A DNA stretch of 63,147 nt. Source: an uncultured Clostridia bacterium (GTDB lineage: Bacteria; Bacillota; Clostridia; TANB77; CAG-508). Positions 21,421-32,332 of the stretch are shown here, in pieces; position 1 is the stretch's first letter; every line of letters begins with the position of its first letter. The notes under the pieces were generated by a model. The model did no database searches. It saw only the letters and a program-made list of their open reading frames with translations, and had not been told where the DNA came from. Both the position numbers and the translations under genes were made by a program. The stretch spans positions 1 through 63,147 of the forward strand of contig CALXKC010000003.1 in NCBI GenBank assembly GCA_944388775.1, given 5' to 3'.

Positions 21421-21422
21421 TT

Positions 21423-21460
21423 AAATGTCGTATTGGGGACGTTTCTCATACGACATTTTT
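21423..21460 (+). terminator. rpmE terminator containing a GGGGACGTTTC repeat fragment
   Basis: AAATGTCGTAT / ATACGACATTT stem with T tract. Confidence 0.75.
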
Positions 21461-21797
21461 ATTTTAATATTTAGTTTTTAAATAATTTTTTTATATTTTT
21501 TTCTGTTATAAATTCATTTTTCTAGCATCATCAGGTATATAATCATAATTTTCTAGCTTTTTTACAGGTGTAGGATGATTACAATTTATATAATATAAAT
21601 TAACAGTATTGCCTAAGTCATAATCTATATATGATTTCATATCTAATTTTGCCCATAGTTCAATTTGATTTAAAAAGAAAAAAAGTATTGAAATATTAAA
21701 TATAATAAGATATAATATTAACATAAAAATCTACAATTTGTAGTTCATATAGATGTAACTTGTAAACAAATTTGTTTTAGTTTAAGAGGAGGAGAAT

Positions 21798-22265
21798 ATG
21801 ACAGATAAAATAAAGAAATGGTTAATACGGAGAAGTGAAGGCGTAAAAAAAGTAAAGAAATGTGAAACAGTTCTTCTTATTATTTTAACAATTACATTTA
21901 TTATAGGTGTAATTGCGAATAATGATTTTTGTTTAACTATAAGTTTCTTTGGCTTCTTATTATTAGCAGTATTATTAAGATTGATAGTGATCTTTTTGGA
22001 AACTATAAATAGGAACAAAGACAAAATACTTCAGAACAATATAATTTACGTATTATTAAGTGAGGCTGAGTTTGTACAGGACTATCTTCATTATTTAGTT
22101 AATTGGCCAATAGCACTTTTTTCTTTATTTTTATACTCTAATATTCCAGAAGAAAAACATTTCATGGCAATATTATTGTTACTTATATTAGTTATTTCTT
22201 TAGTGATATTAGAGATAAAATTATCAGAAAAAATTTCAAGTATTTTTAAGGAAAAATTGTCATAA
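21798..22265 (+). CDS. Hypothetical membrane protein (about 4 TM)
   Basis: Strong RBS AGGAGG; hydrophobic segments; in-frame CGG at codon 11. Confidence 0.6.
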   Translation: MTDKIKKWLIRRSEGVKKVKKCETVLLIILTITFIIGVIANNDFCLTISFFGFLLLAVLLRLIVIFLETINRNKDKILQNNIIYVLLSEAEFVQDYLHYLVNWPIALFSLFLYSNIPEEKHFMAILLLLILVISLVILEIKLSEKISSIFKEKLS

Positions 22266-22448
22266 CCTTTACCCAACATATGAAATTCATATGTTGGGTT
22301 TACTAATATTAATAAAGCATTAAAATGGATTTGTAATAAATTGATTATTGTTAAAAATACTGTTAAAATTCCTTGCAAAATGTCCTAAAATGTAATAAAA
22401 TAGAAAAGCAGAAAAACAGCAAAAAGACGATAGGAAGGTTTAGAAAAA

Positions 22449-23864
22449 ATGAATGAAATAGAAGAACAAAAACAATACATGCAAAAAGTAAAAGAAATAA
22501 ATGAAAATAATAAAAAACTAAAATACACAATCCTAACAATGGGATGCCAATTAAATGAAAATGACTCAGAGAAACTATGTGGAATGTTAGAAGAAATGGG
22601 TTATGAAAAAACAGAAAACGGGCAAGAAGCAGATATGGCATTATTTAACACATGTTGTGTTAGAGAAAATGCTGAGGACAAATTATTTGGCAAGTTAGGA
22701 GAACTAAAAAGACTAAAAGAAGAAAAAGGAATAATCATTGCTATTGGTGGATGCATGATGCAAGAAAAACATATAACAGATAAAATAAAACAAAGCTATC
22801 CATTTGTAGATATAATTTTCGGAACACACACTCTTCAAAGATTTCCAGAGGATTTGTACAAAGTATTAACCGAAAAGATAAAATTAGAAGATATATTAGA
22901 TATTGACGGAAAAGTATATGAAGGTTTACCAATAAAAAGAGATAGTAATATAAAAGCATCTGTAACTATAATGAATGGATGCAATAATTTTTGTAGTTAT
23001 TGTATAGTTCCATATGTTCGTGGAAGAGAAAGAAGCAGAGAGCCAAGAGCAATTATTGAAGAAGTAAAAGATTTAGCAAAACAAGGGTATAAGGAAATTA
23101 CTCTTTTAGGACAAAATGTAAATTCATATTTGAGAGTAGAAAGAGAAAAACAAATACCATTTGAAGAATATGAAGGTGTACATTCATTTGCGACTTTATT
23201 AGAGGCAATTAACAAAATAGATGGAATTGAAAGAATTAGATTTGTTTCACCACATCCAAAGGATTTTACAGATGATGTGATAGATGCAATTAGCAAATGT
23301 GATAAAGTTTGTAAATTAGTACATTTACCATTACAATCTGGAAATACAAAAGTATTGAAAGAAATGAATAGGAAATACACTAAGGAGCAGTATTTAAAGT
23401 TAGTTGATAAAATGAAAGCAAAAATACCAAATTTAACTCTATCAACTGATATTATAGTTGGTTTTCCAGGTGAGACAGATGAAGAATTTGAAGATACACT
23501 TGATGTTGTAAGAAAAGTTAAATTTGAGCAAGTATATATGTTTATATATTCAAGAAGAGTTGGAACACCAGGAGATAGAATGGAAAATCAGATACCAGAA
23601 GAAATAAAGCATAAGAGATTTGATAAATTAAAAGAATTAGTTGAAAGCCAAATAGAAGAGAATAATCAAAAATATGTCGGAACAATTCAAAAAGTTTTAG
23701 TTGAAGGAGAAAGTAAAAACAATCAAGAGTTATTAACGGGAAGAACTGATAGTAATAAAGTTGTAATTTTTGAAGGTGATAAAAGTCTTATTGGGCAAAT
23801 GATTAACTTAAAAATTGTTTCAGAACATATGTGGTATTTAAAAGGCGAAGTTGTTGAAAAATAA
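22449..23864 (+). CDS. miaB: tRNA methylthiotransferase MiaB
   Basis: GCQLNENDSE, NTCCVRENAE, radical SAM CNNFCSYC, C-terminal TRAM domain. Confidence 0.95.
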   Translation: MNEIEEQKQYMQKVKEINENNKKLKYTILTMGCQLNENDSEKLCGMLEEMGYEKTENGQEADMALFNTCCVRENAEDKLFGKLGELKRLKEEKGIIIAIGGCMMQEKHITDKIKQSYPFVDIIFGTHTLQRFPEDLYKVLTEKIKLEDILDIDGKVYEGLPIKRDSNIKASVTIMNGCNNFCSYCIVPYVRGRERSREPRAIIEEVKDLAKQGYKEITLLGQNVNSYLRVEREKQIPFEEYEGVHSFATLLEAINKIDGIERIRFVSPHPKDFTDDVIDAISKCDKVCKLVHLPLQSGNTKVLKEMNRKYTKEQYLKLVDKMKAKIPNLTLSTDIIVGFPGETDEEFEDTLDVVRKVKFEQVYMFIYSRRVGTPGDRMENQIPEEIKHKRFDKLKELVESQIEENNQKYVGTIQKVLVEGESKNNQELLTGRTDSNKVVIFEGDKSLIGQMINLKIVSEHMWYLKGEVVEK

Positions 23865-23958
23865 GTACAATTTCAGTTGTGTTAAATTTTATCAACAATG
23901 AGATTATATAAAAGTATAAATATTAATAGATTAATTAGAGAAAGGAACAAATGAAATT

Positions 23959-24666
23959 ATGAGTACAAATGAAGTTAAAGAAGAAAATGTAAAAACAATT
24001 GTAAAATTAGGAATAGACGTAAAAGATATAGCTGATATATATTTAAAAGTAGCAACAAAAGGACATGACATATCAAAACAAAAATTTATTGAACAACTAA
24101 CAGAAATATTTAAGTTTTTTCAATCAAGAAATAAAGGGTTAGAAGAAACACAAGAAGTAATATATAAAGATGACGTACTTAATATGATTATGAAAAACAG
24201 AAATATGATTAATCTTAATGTAAATAAAAAAATTAAAGCAATATGTGAAAAGCTAGATTCATATTATTTTATGACACAAGAGGAAACAAATAAGTTAATT
24301 AAAGCTAATCCAAAAATATTTAATATAAACATGCTTGATTTAGAAATATATTCAACAGTGCTATCAGATTATGCAGTTGAAGTTGATAAAAGTATTGTTA
24401 ATTTATTTGAATATGTACTAAAAAAACAAAGTGAGTTATTAAGTCAAAATGTAAATGTTATATATTCAAGATTGAAATATTTAGAAGAATGTAAAGGTAC
24501 AAAGAAATTAAGTTTGGAAGATGTTTCAAACTTAGGAAATGTAAAGTTTATGGTAGATAAAAAAGAAGTGCAAGATGAAATTTTGAAAAAATATGATAAT
24601 CTACCAGAATATAATGGGGAGAGTTTAGTGGACTTTAAAGAAAAGCTTAGAAACATTGAAAAATAA
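23959..24666 (+). CDS. Hypothetical protein
   Basis: 235-aa ORF with RBS AAAGGA between miaB and mutS; host-like codon usage. Confidence 0.7.
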   Translation: MSTNEVKEENVKTIVKLGIDVKDIADIYLKVATKGHDISKQKFIEQLTEIFKFFQSRNKGLEETQEVIYKDDVLNMIMKNRNMINLNVNKKIKAICEKLDSYYFMTQEETNKLIKANPKIFNINMLDLEIYSTVLSDYAVEVDKSIVNLFEYVLKKQSELLSQNVNVIYSRLKYLEECKGTKKLSLEDVSNLGNVKFMVDKKEVQDEILKKYDNLPEYNGESLVDFKEKLRNIEK

Positions 24667-24710
24667 TTGTAATTTGGGCTAAAGGGCGTAATTTCTTAAC
24701 TATTAAAAAA

Positions 24711-24769
24711 GTGGCGTCCCTTTTATGACCAAAAATGGTCAGTCCGAACCTGAACTGACCAAACCGACC
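24711..24769. repeat. REP-like GGGAC element, TGACC subfamily
   Basis: GTGGCGTCCC...TGACCAAAAATGGTCAGTCCGAACCTGAACTGACC, nearly identical to 52824-52873; abuts the mutS RBS. Confidence 0.8.
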
Positions 24770-24791
24770 AGAGAAAGGAATGAAGAAATTA

Positions 24792-27416
24792 ATGGCAGAA
24801 AAAAATGAATTTTCACCTATGATGCAAAGATATCTTGAAACAAAAGAACAATATAAAGATTGCATATTATTCTACCGTTTAGGAGATTTTTATGAAATGT
24901 TCTTTGATGATGCAATACTTGCCGCAAGGGAGCTAGAAATAACTTTAACAGGAAAAGATTGTGGACAAGAAGAAAGAGCTCCAATGGCTGGAGTTCCACA
25001 TCATGCAGCAGAAATGTATATTGCAAAATTAGTAGCTAAAGGATATAAAGTTGCAATTTGTGAACAGTTAGAAGATCCTAAAAAAACAAAAGGCATTGTA
25101 AAAAGAGGTGTTATTAGAGTTGTAACTCCAGGAACTATTGTAGAGAGTAATATGCTTGAAGAAAGAAAAAATAATTATATAATGTCTATTTTTAAATCTG
25201 GTATTTATTATGGAATTAGTGTATGTGATATTTCAACAGGTGAATTTTATTCTGCTGAAATCAAGGATAACTATAATTTCCCAATGTTATTAGATGAAAT
25301 TGCAAGATATACTCCATCAGAATTAGTTATTAATTCAATGATGGGAGATTGTACTGATGAGATAAACAAGATAAAGGAAAGATTTGAGAATATATATATT
25401 ACACATTTTAATGATGAATTTTTTAAATATGACATTGACATATTATCTTTAAGATTTAATATATTAGATAATAAAAACAAGAAAATAGAAGATTTGGAAC
25501 AATATACATTAGCAGTTCCCTCTATAAATGCTTTAATAGAATATATAGAGCAAACTCAAAAAACAAGTTTAGACCATATAAACAAAATCAAAATATATAA
25601 ATTATCAAGATATATGGCATTAGATATAAATGCAAGAAGAAATCTTGAAATTACTGAAAAGATGAGAGATAAATCTAAAAAAGGTACACTTTTATGGGTT
25701 TTAGATAAAACAGCAACATCAATGGGAGGAAGAATGCTTAGAAGATGGCTAAGTGATCCTTTAATTGATGTTACAGAAATAAATAGAAGGTTAAATGCAG
25801 TAAAAGAGCTAAAAGATGATGTTATTCTAAGAGGAGATATAATAGATAATTTAAAAAAGGTTTATGATATTGAAAGATTATCTGGAAAAATGGCTTATGG
25901 AAATGCTAATGCAAGAGATATGATTACATTGAAAAATTCTCTATATAAATTACCAGAAGTAAAACAGGTTTTAAGTAAATGCAAATCTGAAATGTTAAAA
26001 GATTTATATGAAAATTTAGATGAATTACAGGACATGTATCAATTAATTGACAAATCTATTGTTGAAGAGCCACCTATGAGTATTACAGATGGTGGGATTA
26101 TAAAACTTGGATATGATGAAGAAATTGATAAGCTAAAAACTGCTCAGACTGAAGGAAAGAATTGGTTAATTCAATTAGAAGCGGACGAAAGAGAAAAAAC
26201 AGGAATTAAAAATCTAAAAGTTGGATTTAATAAAGTATTTGGATATTTTATTGAAGTAACAAAATCAAACTTAAGCCAAGTGCCAGAAAGATATATTCGT
26301 AAACAAACATTAACAAATGCTGAAAGATATATTACAGAAGAATTAAAGAATTTGGAAAATCAAATTTTAGGTGCAGAAGAAAAAGTTACAAGTTTAGAGT
26401 ATGAAGCATTTACAAAGATTAGAGAAGAAATAGCAAAAAATATTAGAAGGTTACAAAAGACAAGTGAAGTAGTTGCAACATTGGATGTTTTAGAATCTTT
26501 TGCACAAGTAGCTGAAGATATGAATTACTGTATGCCTGAAGTTAATTCATATGGTACAATAGACATAAAAGAAGGAAGACATCCAGTAATTGAAAAAATA
26601 TTAGGAGCAGGTGGATTTGTTGAAAATGATACATATCTTGATGAAGGGGACAATAGATTAGCAGTAATAACTGGACCTAATATGGCTGGAAAATCAACAT
26701 ATATGAGACAAGTAGCATTAATTACATTAATGGCACAAGTAGGAAGTTTTGTACCAGCGACATCAGCAAAAATAGGAGTAGTAGATAAAATCTTTACAAG
26801 GGTTGGAGCATCAGATGATTTGAGTATGGGACAAAGTACATTTATGGTTGAAATGATGGAAGTTGCAACAATACTTAAAGAAGCAACTAAAAATAGTTTG
26901 GTAATTTTAGATGAAATAGGAAGAGGAACTTCTACATATGATGGACTTTCAATTGCTTGGGCTGTTGCAGAGTATATAGCAGACAAAGAAAAATGTGGGG
27001 CTAAAACATTATTTGCAACACACTATCATGAATTAACTGAACTAGAAGAAAAGCTAGATGGTGTTAAAAACTATTCTATTGCAGTAAAAGAAAAAGGAGA
27101 AGATATAATCTTTTTAAGGAAGATTGTAAGAGGAGGAACAGATGAAAGCTATGGAATACATGTTGCAAGATTAGCAGGTGTTCCAAAAGCTGTTACACAA
27201 AAGGCTAATGAAATATTACGTTCATTAGAAAGAAAAAATATTTTAACAGGAAAGAAACAGGAAAAACAAGATAAAAAGCAAGTTGAAGGACAGTTTGATT
27301 TATATAACTACAAATTAGCAGAGATTGCCCATGAGGTGGATAAAATTAATTTAAATGAATTAACACCAATTGATGCTTTGAATACACTTGTGAAAATTAA
27401 AGAAAAGTTAAAATAG
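24792..27416 (+). CDS. mutS: DNA mismatch repair protein MutS
   Basis: FYRLGDFYEMF, TGPNMAGKSTYMRQ, STFMVEM, DEIGRGTST, SYGIHVARLAG. Confidence 0.98.
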   Translation: MAEKNEFSPMMQRYLETKEQYKDCILFYRLGDFYEMFFDDAILAARELEITLTGKDCGQEERAPMAGVPHHAAEMYIAKLVAKGYKVAICEQLEDPKKTKGIVKRGVIRVVTPGTIVESNMLEERKNNYIMSIFKSGIYYGISVCDISTGEFYSAEIKDNYNFPMLLDEIARYTPSELVINSMMGDCTDEINKIKERFENIYITHFNDEFFKYDIDILSLRFNILDNKNKKIEDLEQYTLAVPSINALIEYIEQTQKTSLDHINKIKIYKLSRYMALDINARRNLEITEKMRDKSKKGTLLWVLDKTATSMGGRMLRRWLSDPLIDVTEINRRLNAVKELKDDVILRGDIIDNLKKVYDIERLSGKMAYGNANARDMITLKNSLYKLPEVKQVLSKCKSEMLKDLYENLDELQDMYQLIDKSIVEEPPMSITDGGIIKLGYDEEIDKLKTAQTEGKNWLIQLEADEREKTGIKNLKVGFNKVFGYFIEVTKSNLSQVPERYIRKQTLTNAERYITEELKNLENQILGAEEKVTSLEYEAFTKIREEIAKNIRRLQKTSEVVATLDVLESFAQVAEDMNYCMPEVNSYGTIDIKEGRHPVIEKILGAGGFVENDTYLDEGDNRLAVITGPNMAGKSTYMRQVALITLMAQVGSFVPATSAKIGVVDKIFTRVGASDDLSMGQSTFMVEMMEVATILKEATKNSLVILDEIGRGTSTYDGLSIAWAVAEYIADKEKCGAKTLFATHYHELTELEEKLDGVKNYSIAVKEKGEDIIFLRKIVRGGTDESYGIHVARLAGVPKAVTQKANEILRSLERKNILTGKKQEKQDKKQVEGQFDLYNYKLAEIAHEVDKINLNELTPIDALNTLVKIKEKLK

Positions 27417-27460
27417 GGACGTGTCAAATCGTTTCATTTTGAAACGATTTGGTCAGACCT
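27414..27460. repeat. REP-like GGGAC element, GTTTCA subfamily, starting in the mutS TAG stop
   Basis: TAGGGACGTGTCAAATCGTTTCATTTTGAAACGATTTGGTCAGACCT. Confidence 0.83.
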
Positions 27461-27492
27461 AAAATATTAAATAAAGAAAGGAAGTTCTAAAA

Positions 27493-28002
27493 ATGGGAAA
27501 AGATGGTTCAAAAAAATTTAGAGATAGGATTAGAAAAAGTGCAGAAGTTCACTTAGAAGGAAAAGATGGTACAAGAAAAAGAAGCGAGAGCGAAATTTTA
27601 GCTATGTATTATAGTGAACAGGATATTAAAAGAGGAGAAAAGAGAATAGAAAAAAGAATAGCAAAAAATAAAAGAGAATATGAAAGACAAGGTAAAAGAT
27701 ATCCTGAAGCAGATAATTCAGAAAGAAATTATTATTATGTAAGAAAGAAAGTTGACTCTACTGGTAAAATAAACAGTATTGGAATAACAGAGGATGACTA
27801 TAATAATCCTAAATGCTTAGGATATAAAGCAAAAATGATGATTTCAGCAGTTGCTTCACCAAATGGACCTCATCAAATACAAGTAGAGCATCATGGAGAG
27901 TATACAGATGAAGAAAAGATAATATTAAAACAAATTGAGAAAATGAAAAAGAATTTAAAAGAAATGCAAGAAGCTTTTAAATATGAAGATTCTGAAAGAT
28001 AA
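27493..28002 (+). CDS. Hypothetical basic protein
   Basis: 169-aa ORF with RBS AAAGGA. Confidence 0.65.
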   Translation: MGKDGSKKFRDRIRKSAEVHLEGKDGTRKRSESEILAMYYSEQDIKRGEKRIEKRIAKNKREYERQGKRYPEADNSERNYYYVRKKVDSTGKINSIGITEDDYNNPKCLGYKAKMMISAVASPNGPHQIQVEHHGEYTDEEKIILKQIEKMKKNLKEMQEAFKYEDSER

Positions 28003-28034
28003 GATAAATAATGTGAGAAAAAATAGCTTTGAAG

Positions 28035-28072
28035 AAACAGTTTAGTAGTAATATTTTGCTACTAAACTGTTT
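28035..28072. terminator. Bidirectional terminator
   Basis: AAACAGTTTAGTAGTAA / TTGCTACTAAACTGTTT. Confidence 0.75.
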
Positions 28073-28124
28073 TAAAAGTTGTAATATCATTCATACTATT
28101 CTTTTTTCTGTTATTTAAAATAAT

Positions 28125-28760
28125 TTATTTATACAAAAGCGTTACTCTACGATTTTTCACTTCAATCAACTTTTCCTCTTTCAAATGCTTCAACTCTCTA
28201 AACATAGCAGACCTGTTAATAGCAAGATAATCAGCCAAATCCTTAAAAGAAAAAGACAAAAAAATATTATTATTCAAATGCCCCTTTTTATATTCCATCT
28301 CAAAATACTCAAGAAGTTTTTCCCTAATTTGTTTCTTTTCTAAAACCTTAATTCTTTCATTTTTTTCCTTCATCTTAATATTTATAATATCAAACAAATT
28401 CCTAAAAAAAATATTAAAATAATTATGATTCAAATTTTGTGGATTAATCAATTTATCATAATCAATAACCAAAACATCAGTATCCTGTTTTGCAATAATT
28501 TGATAATTTTCGCTATTAGTCAAAGAAATATTAGTACCAAAGACACTATCTTTATAAAGATTATCTATTACAATTTCATTTCCATTATATTCAATATTCA
28601 AAATTTGAGCATATCCCTCTAAAATAATTCCAACAATATTTTCATTTTTTATAGTAGGCAAAATCTCTTGATTTTTGTTGAATTTATAGACGTGAACGCC
28701 CAGTAAATCAAACAATTTATTTATTTGAGATTTTGTCAAACCCTCAAAAGGAGTAGCCAT
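28125..28760 (-). CDS. Crp/Fnr-family transcriptional regulator
   Basis: cNMP-binding-like N-terminal domain; C-terminal HTH DLADYLAINRSAMFREL. Confidence 0.88.
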   Translation of the reverse strand: MATPFEGLTKSQINKLFDLLGVHVYKFNKNQEILPTIKNENIVGIILEGYAQILNIEYNGNEIVIDNLYKDSVFGTNISLTNSENYQIIAKQDTDVLVIDYDKLINPQNLNHNYFNIFFRNLFDIINIKMKEKNERIKVLEKKQIREKLLEYFEMEYKKGHLNNNIFLSFSFKDLADYLAINRSAMFRELKHLKEEKLIEVKNRRVTLLYK

Positions 28761-28879
28761 AACCATCACCTGAAAAATATTTTAACAAAAAAATAAAAAA
28801 GGTGCAAGTGCAACTTGTATAATTTAAAAATTATATATAATATTTAGACATGAAAAAAATAAAAGGAGGAACAAAAGAG

Positions 28880-31069
28880 ATGAAAATTGTAAAAAGAGAT
28901 GGACACATTGTAGACTACGACCCAGAAAAGATTAGAATAGCAATAGGAAAAGCAAATGATGAGGTTAAAGGAAAGAAAAAAGTAACTAAAGAACAAATTG
29001 AAGAGATTATTCAATATATAGAAGAATTAAATAAAAAGAGAATATTAGTTGAAGATATCCAAGACATAATTGAAGAAAAATTGATGGAATTTGATAAATA
29101 TGAATTAGCTAAAAAATATATTACATATAGATACACAAGAGAGTTAGTTAGAAAAGCAAATACAACAGACAAATCAATAAAAGAATTAATAGAAGGAGAA
29201 AATGAATACTGGAATAGTGAAAACTCAAATAAAAATGCACAAGTAGTAACAACACAAAGAGATTACTTAGCAGGAATAACAAGTACAGACATTACAAGAA
29301 GATTTTTACTTCCAGAAGAAATAGTTGAAGCACATGATAAAGGAATTATTCACTTCCATGATGCAGACTATTTTGCACAAAATGCTTTACACAATTGTGA
29401 ATTAATTAACTTAGATGACATGTTACAAAATGGAACGGCCATCAATGGAGTAATGATAGAAAAACCACATAGATTTATTACAGCTGCAACAATCGCAACT
29501 CAAATTATCTTAGCAGTTACTTCATCAAGTTATGGAGGAGCAACAGTTTCATTATCACATTTAGCACCATTTGTAAAACTAAGTTATGAAAAATACTATA
29601 AGAAATATCAAAAAAGAAATTTGAGCAAAGAAGATTGTGAAAAATTTGCAAGAGAAGATACTAGAAAAGAAGTTGAAGATGGAGTGCAGACATTTAATTA
29701 TCAAGTAAATTCAATGACAAATACAAATGGACAAGCACCATTCTTATCTGTTTGTATGTATCTTGGAGAAACAGATGAATACAAAGAAGAATTAGCTATG
29801 ATAATAGAAGAATTCTTAAAACAAAGAATACTTGGATTTAAAAATGAAAAAGGTGTATATATAACACCAGCATTTCCAAAACTTCTATATATCCTTGAAG
29901 AAGATAATATACATGAGGACAGTAAATATTGGTATCTAACAAAACTTGCTGCTGAATGTACAGCAAAGAGAATGGTTCCAGACTATATCTCAGAAAAAGT
30001 AATGAAAGAATTAAAGAAAAATGAATTAGGTGATGGTGATTGCTATCCATGTATGGGATGTAGATCATTCTTAACTCCAGACAGAACAATGAGCTTAGGA
30101 AATATTGCAAAAGCTAAAAACTATGTTGAAGGAAAAGGAAAATATTATGGAAGATTCAACCAAGGAGTTGTTACAATAAACTTACCAGATGTTGCACTTT
30201 CAGCAGATGGTGATATGGATGAGTTCTGGAAAATATTTGATGAAAGATTAGAGTTATGCCATCAAGCTCTACAAATAAGACATAAAAGATTAAGTACAGT
30301 AACAAGTGATGTAGCACCTATATTATGGCAAAATGGAGCTTTAGCAAGATTAGAAAAAGGTGAGTCAATTCACGAATTACTACATCATGGATATTCAACA
30401 ATTTCTTTAGGATATGCAGGATTATATGAATGTGTAAAAGTTATGACAGGACATTCACATACAGATAATGGAGAAGGAAAAGAATTTGGACTAAAAGTTA
30501 TGCAACACTTAAATGACATGGCTAATAAATGGAAAAAGGAAGAAGATATAGATTATTCAGTTTATGGTACACCAATAGAATCTACAACATATAAATTTGC
30601 TAAATGTTTAAAAGAAAGATTTGGAACAGTTAAAGGAATAACAGATAGAGGATATATTACAAATTCATATCATGTGCCAGTATTTGAAGAAATAGATGCA
30701 TTCTCTAAACTAAAATTAGAAAGTGAATTTCAAAAATTAAGTCCAGGTGGAGCAATTTCATATGTAGAAACACCAAATTTACAAAACAACATAGATGTAG
30801 TTGTAGAAATTATTAAATTTATCTATGATAATATTATGTATGCAGAACTTAATACTAAATCAGATTACTGTCAAAAATGTGGTTATACAGGAGAGATTTT
30901 AATTGATGATGATTTAGAATGGTATTGTCCAAATTGTGGTAATAGAGATCATAATACCTTAAATGTTGCAAGACGTACTTGTGGTTATATTGGAACTAAT
31001 TTCTGGAATAAGGGTAGAACTCAAGAAATAAAAGAGAGAGTTTTACATATAGATAATAAGGAGGCATAA
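28880..31069 (+). CDS. nrdD: Anaerobic (class III) ribonucleoside-triphosphate reductase
   Basis: ATP cone (IVKRDG), MGCRSFL, two CxxC pairs, glycyl-radical motif RRTCGYIG. Confidence 0.96.
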   Translation: MKIVKRDGHIVDYDPEKIRIAIGKANDEVKGKKKVTKEQIEEIIQYIEELNKKRILVEDIQDIIEEKLMEFDKYELAKKYITYRYTRELVRKANTTDKSIKELIEGENEYWNSENSNKNAQVVTTQRDYLAGITSTDITRRFLLPEEIVEAHDKGIIHFHDADYFAQNALHNCELINLDDMLQNGTAINGVMIEKPHRFITAATIATQIILAVTSSSYGGATVSLSHLAPFVKLSYEKYYKKYQKRNLSKEDCEKFAREDTRKEVEDGVQTFNYQVNSMTNTNGQAPFLSVCMYLGETDEYKEELAMIIEEFLKQRILGFKNEKGVYITPAFPKLLYILEEDNIHEDSKYWYLTKLAAECTAKRMVPDYISEKVMKELKKNELGDGDCYPCMGCRSFLTPDRTMSLGNIAKAKNYVEGKGKYYGRFNQGVVTINLPDVALSADGDMDEFWKIFDERLELCHQALQIRHKRLSTVTSDVAPILWQNGALARLEKGESIHELLHHGYSTISLGYAGLYECVKVMTGHSHTDNGEGKEFGLKVMQHLNDMANKWKKEEDIDYSVYGTPIESTTYKFAKCLKERFGTVKGITDRGYITNSYHVPVFEEIDAFSKLKLESEFQKLSPGGAISYVETPNLQNNIDVVVEIIKFIYDNIMYAELNTKSDYCQKCGYTGEILIDDDLEWYCPNCGNRDHNTLNVARRTCGYIGTNFWNKGRTQEIKERVLHIDNKEA

Positions 31070-31071
31070 TT

Positions 31072-31563
31072 ATGAGATACAATCTAATTAGAAAAATGGA
31101 TATTTCAAATGGACCAGGAGTAAGAGTATCTATATTTATGCAAGGATGTCAATTCCATTGTAAAAATTGTTTTAATCCTGAAACTTGGGACTTTGAAGGT
31201 GGTAAAGAATTTACTGATGATACGGTTAATAAAGTATTAGATTTATGTGATAGAGATGAAATAAAAGGGTTATCTATATTAGGTGGTGAGCCTATGAATC
31301 CGTTAAACATAGAAGGTACTACAAAACTTGCAAAAGCTTTTAAAGAAAAATATCCAAATAAAAATCTATGGGTATGGTCAGGATATAATTTTGAAAAAGA
31401 TTTAAAAGATAAAGAAGTTTTAAACTATGTTGATGTATTAGTAGATGGAACATATCATGATGAATTACATTCTCCTATTTTAAAATGGAAGGGTTCATCA
31501 AATCAAAGAGTTATAGATATTCCAAAGTCATTAAAAGAGCATGAAACAGTTATATTAGAATAA
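31072..31563 (+). CDS. nrdG: Anaerobic RNR activating protein
   Basis: NGPGVRVS, CQFHCKNC, GGEP, GSSNQRVID. Confidence 0.96.
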   Translation: MRYNLIRKMDISNGPGVRVSIFMQGCQFHCKNCFNPETWDFEGGKEFTDDTVNKVLDLCDRDEIKGLSILGGEPMNPLNIEGTTKLAKAFKEKYPNKNLWVWSGYNFEKDLKDKEVLNYVDVLVDGTYHDELHSPILKWKGSSNQRVIDIPKSLKEHETVILE

Positions 31564-31659
31564 ATCTTAATTTATAAAAGATAACATTTTGACGAGCAAG
31601 TAGTTAGTTGATAATTACTTGCTTTTGTGTTAGAGTATATAAAAAAGGAAGAATGTAAA

Positions 31660-32307
31660 ATGAAAGAAAATATAAAAAAGTTTATGAAAACGAATTTAAA
31701 ATGGATAATATTATTTATATGTTTAATAGGATTCCTTGCTTTAGCAGAAGATGTATTTAATAAAGAAATAATGAATGGAGATATAATAGGATATAATTTA
31801 GTATCATATTTAATATCTGATTCTATAACACCAATAGTAAAATTTATTACTAATTTGGGAGGAACTATATGTTTAGTTTCAGTAGCGGCAATATTATTTA
31901 TTATAATAAAAAATAAAAAAATAGGTATTGCAATTTGGATTAACTTAATAGTTGTAGCAGTATTAAATGTTATACTAAAAGGCATTTTACAAAGACCTAG
32001 ACCAACCGAATATAGAATTATAAATGAAAGTGGATATAGTTTTCCATCAGGACATTCAATGGTAAGCATGGCTTTTTATGGATTCATAATATATTTAGCT
32101 TTTAAATATATAAAAAATAAGTATTTAAAATGGGGAATAATAATATTACTAGGAATTCTAATCGGTTTAATTGGAATGAGTAGAATTTATCTAGGAGTTC
32201 ACTATACAAGTGATGTTCTAGCAGGTTTTCTAGTCTCAATTTCATATTTGATTATTTACATTGCAATAATAAATAAGGTTTTATTAAATAATAATAAAGA
32301 TTTGTAA
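31660..32307 (+). CDS. PAP2-family membrane phosphatase
   Basis: K..LQRPRP, SFPSGH, SRIYLGVHY.SD. Confidence 0.9.
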   Translation: MKENIKKFMKTNLKWIILFICLIGFLALAEDVFNKEIMNGDIIGYNLVSYLISDSITPIVKFITNLGGTICLVSVAAILFIIIKNKKIGIAIWINLIVVAVLNVILKGILQRPRPTEYRIINESGYSFPSGHSMVSMAFYGFIIYLAFKYIKNKYLKWGIIILLGILIGLIGMSRIYLGVHYTSDVLAGFLVSISYLIIYIAIINKVLLNNNKDL

Positions 32308-32332
32308 AAAACTGAATTTAAGGAGGAAGAAT

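Noticed and set aside
21506-21724. 72-aa minus-strand ORF after rpmE
   Set aside because: No RBS and a low-complexity start; it may be a gene remnant but cannot be supported.
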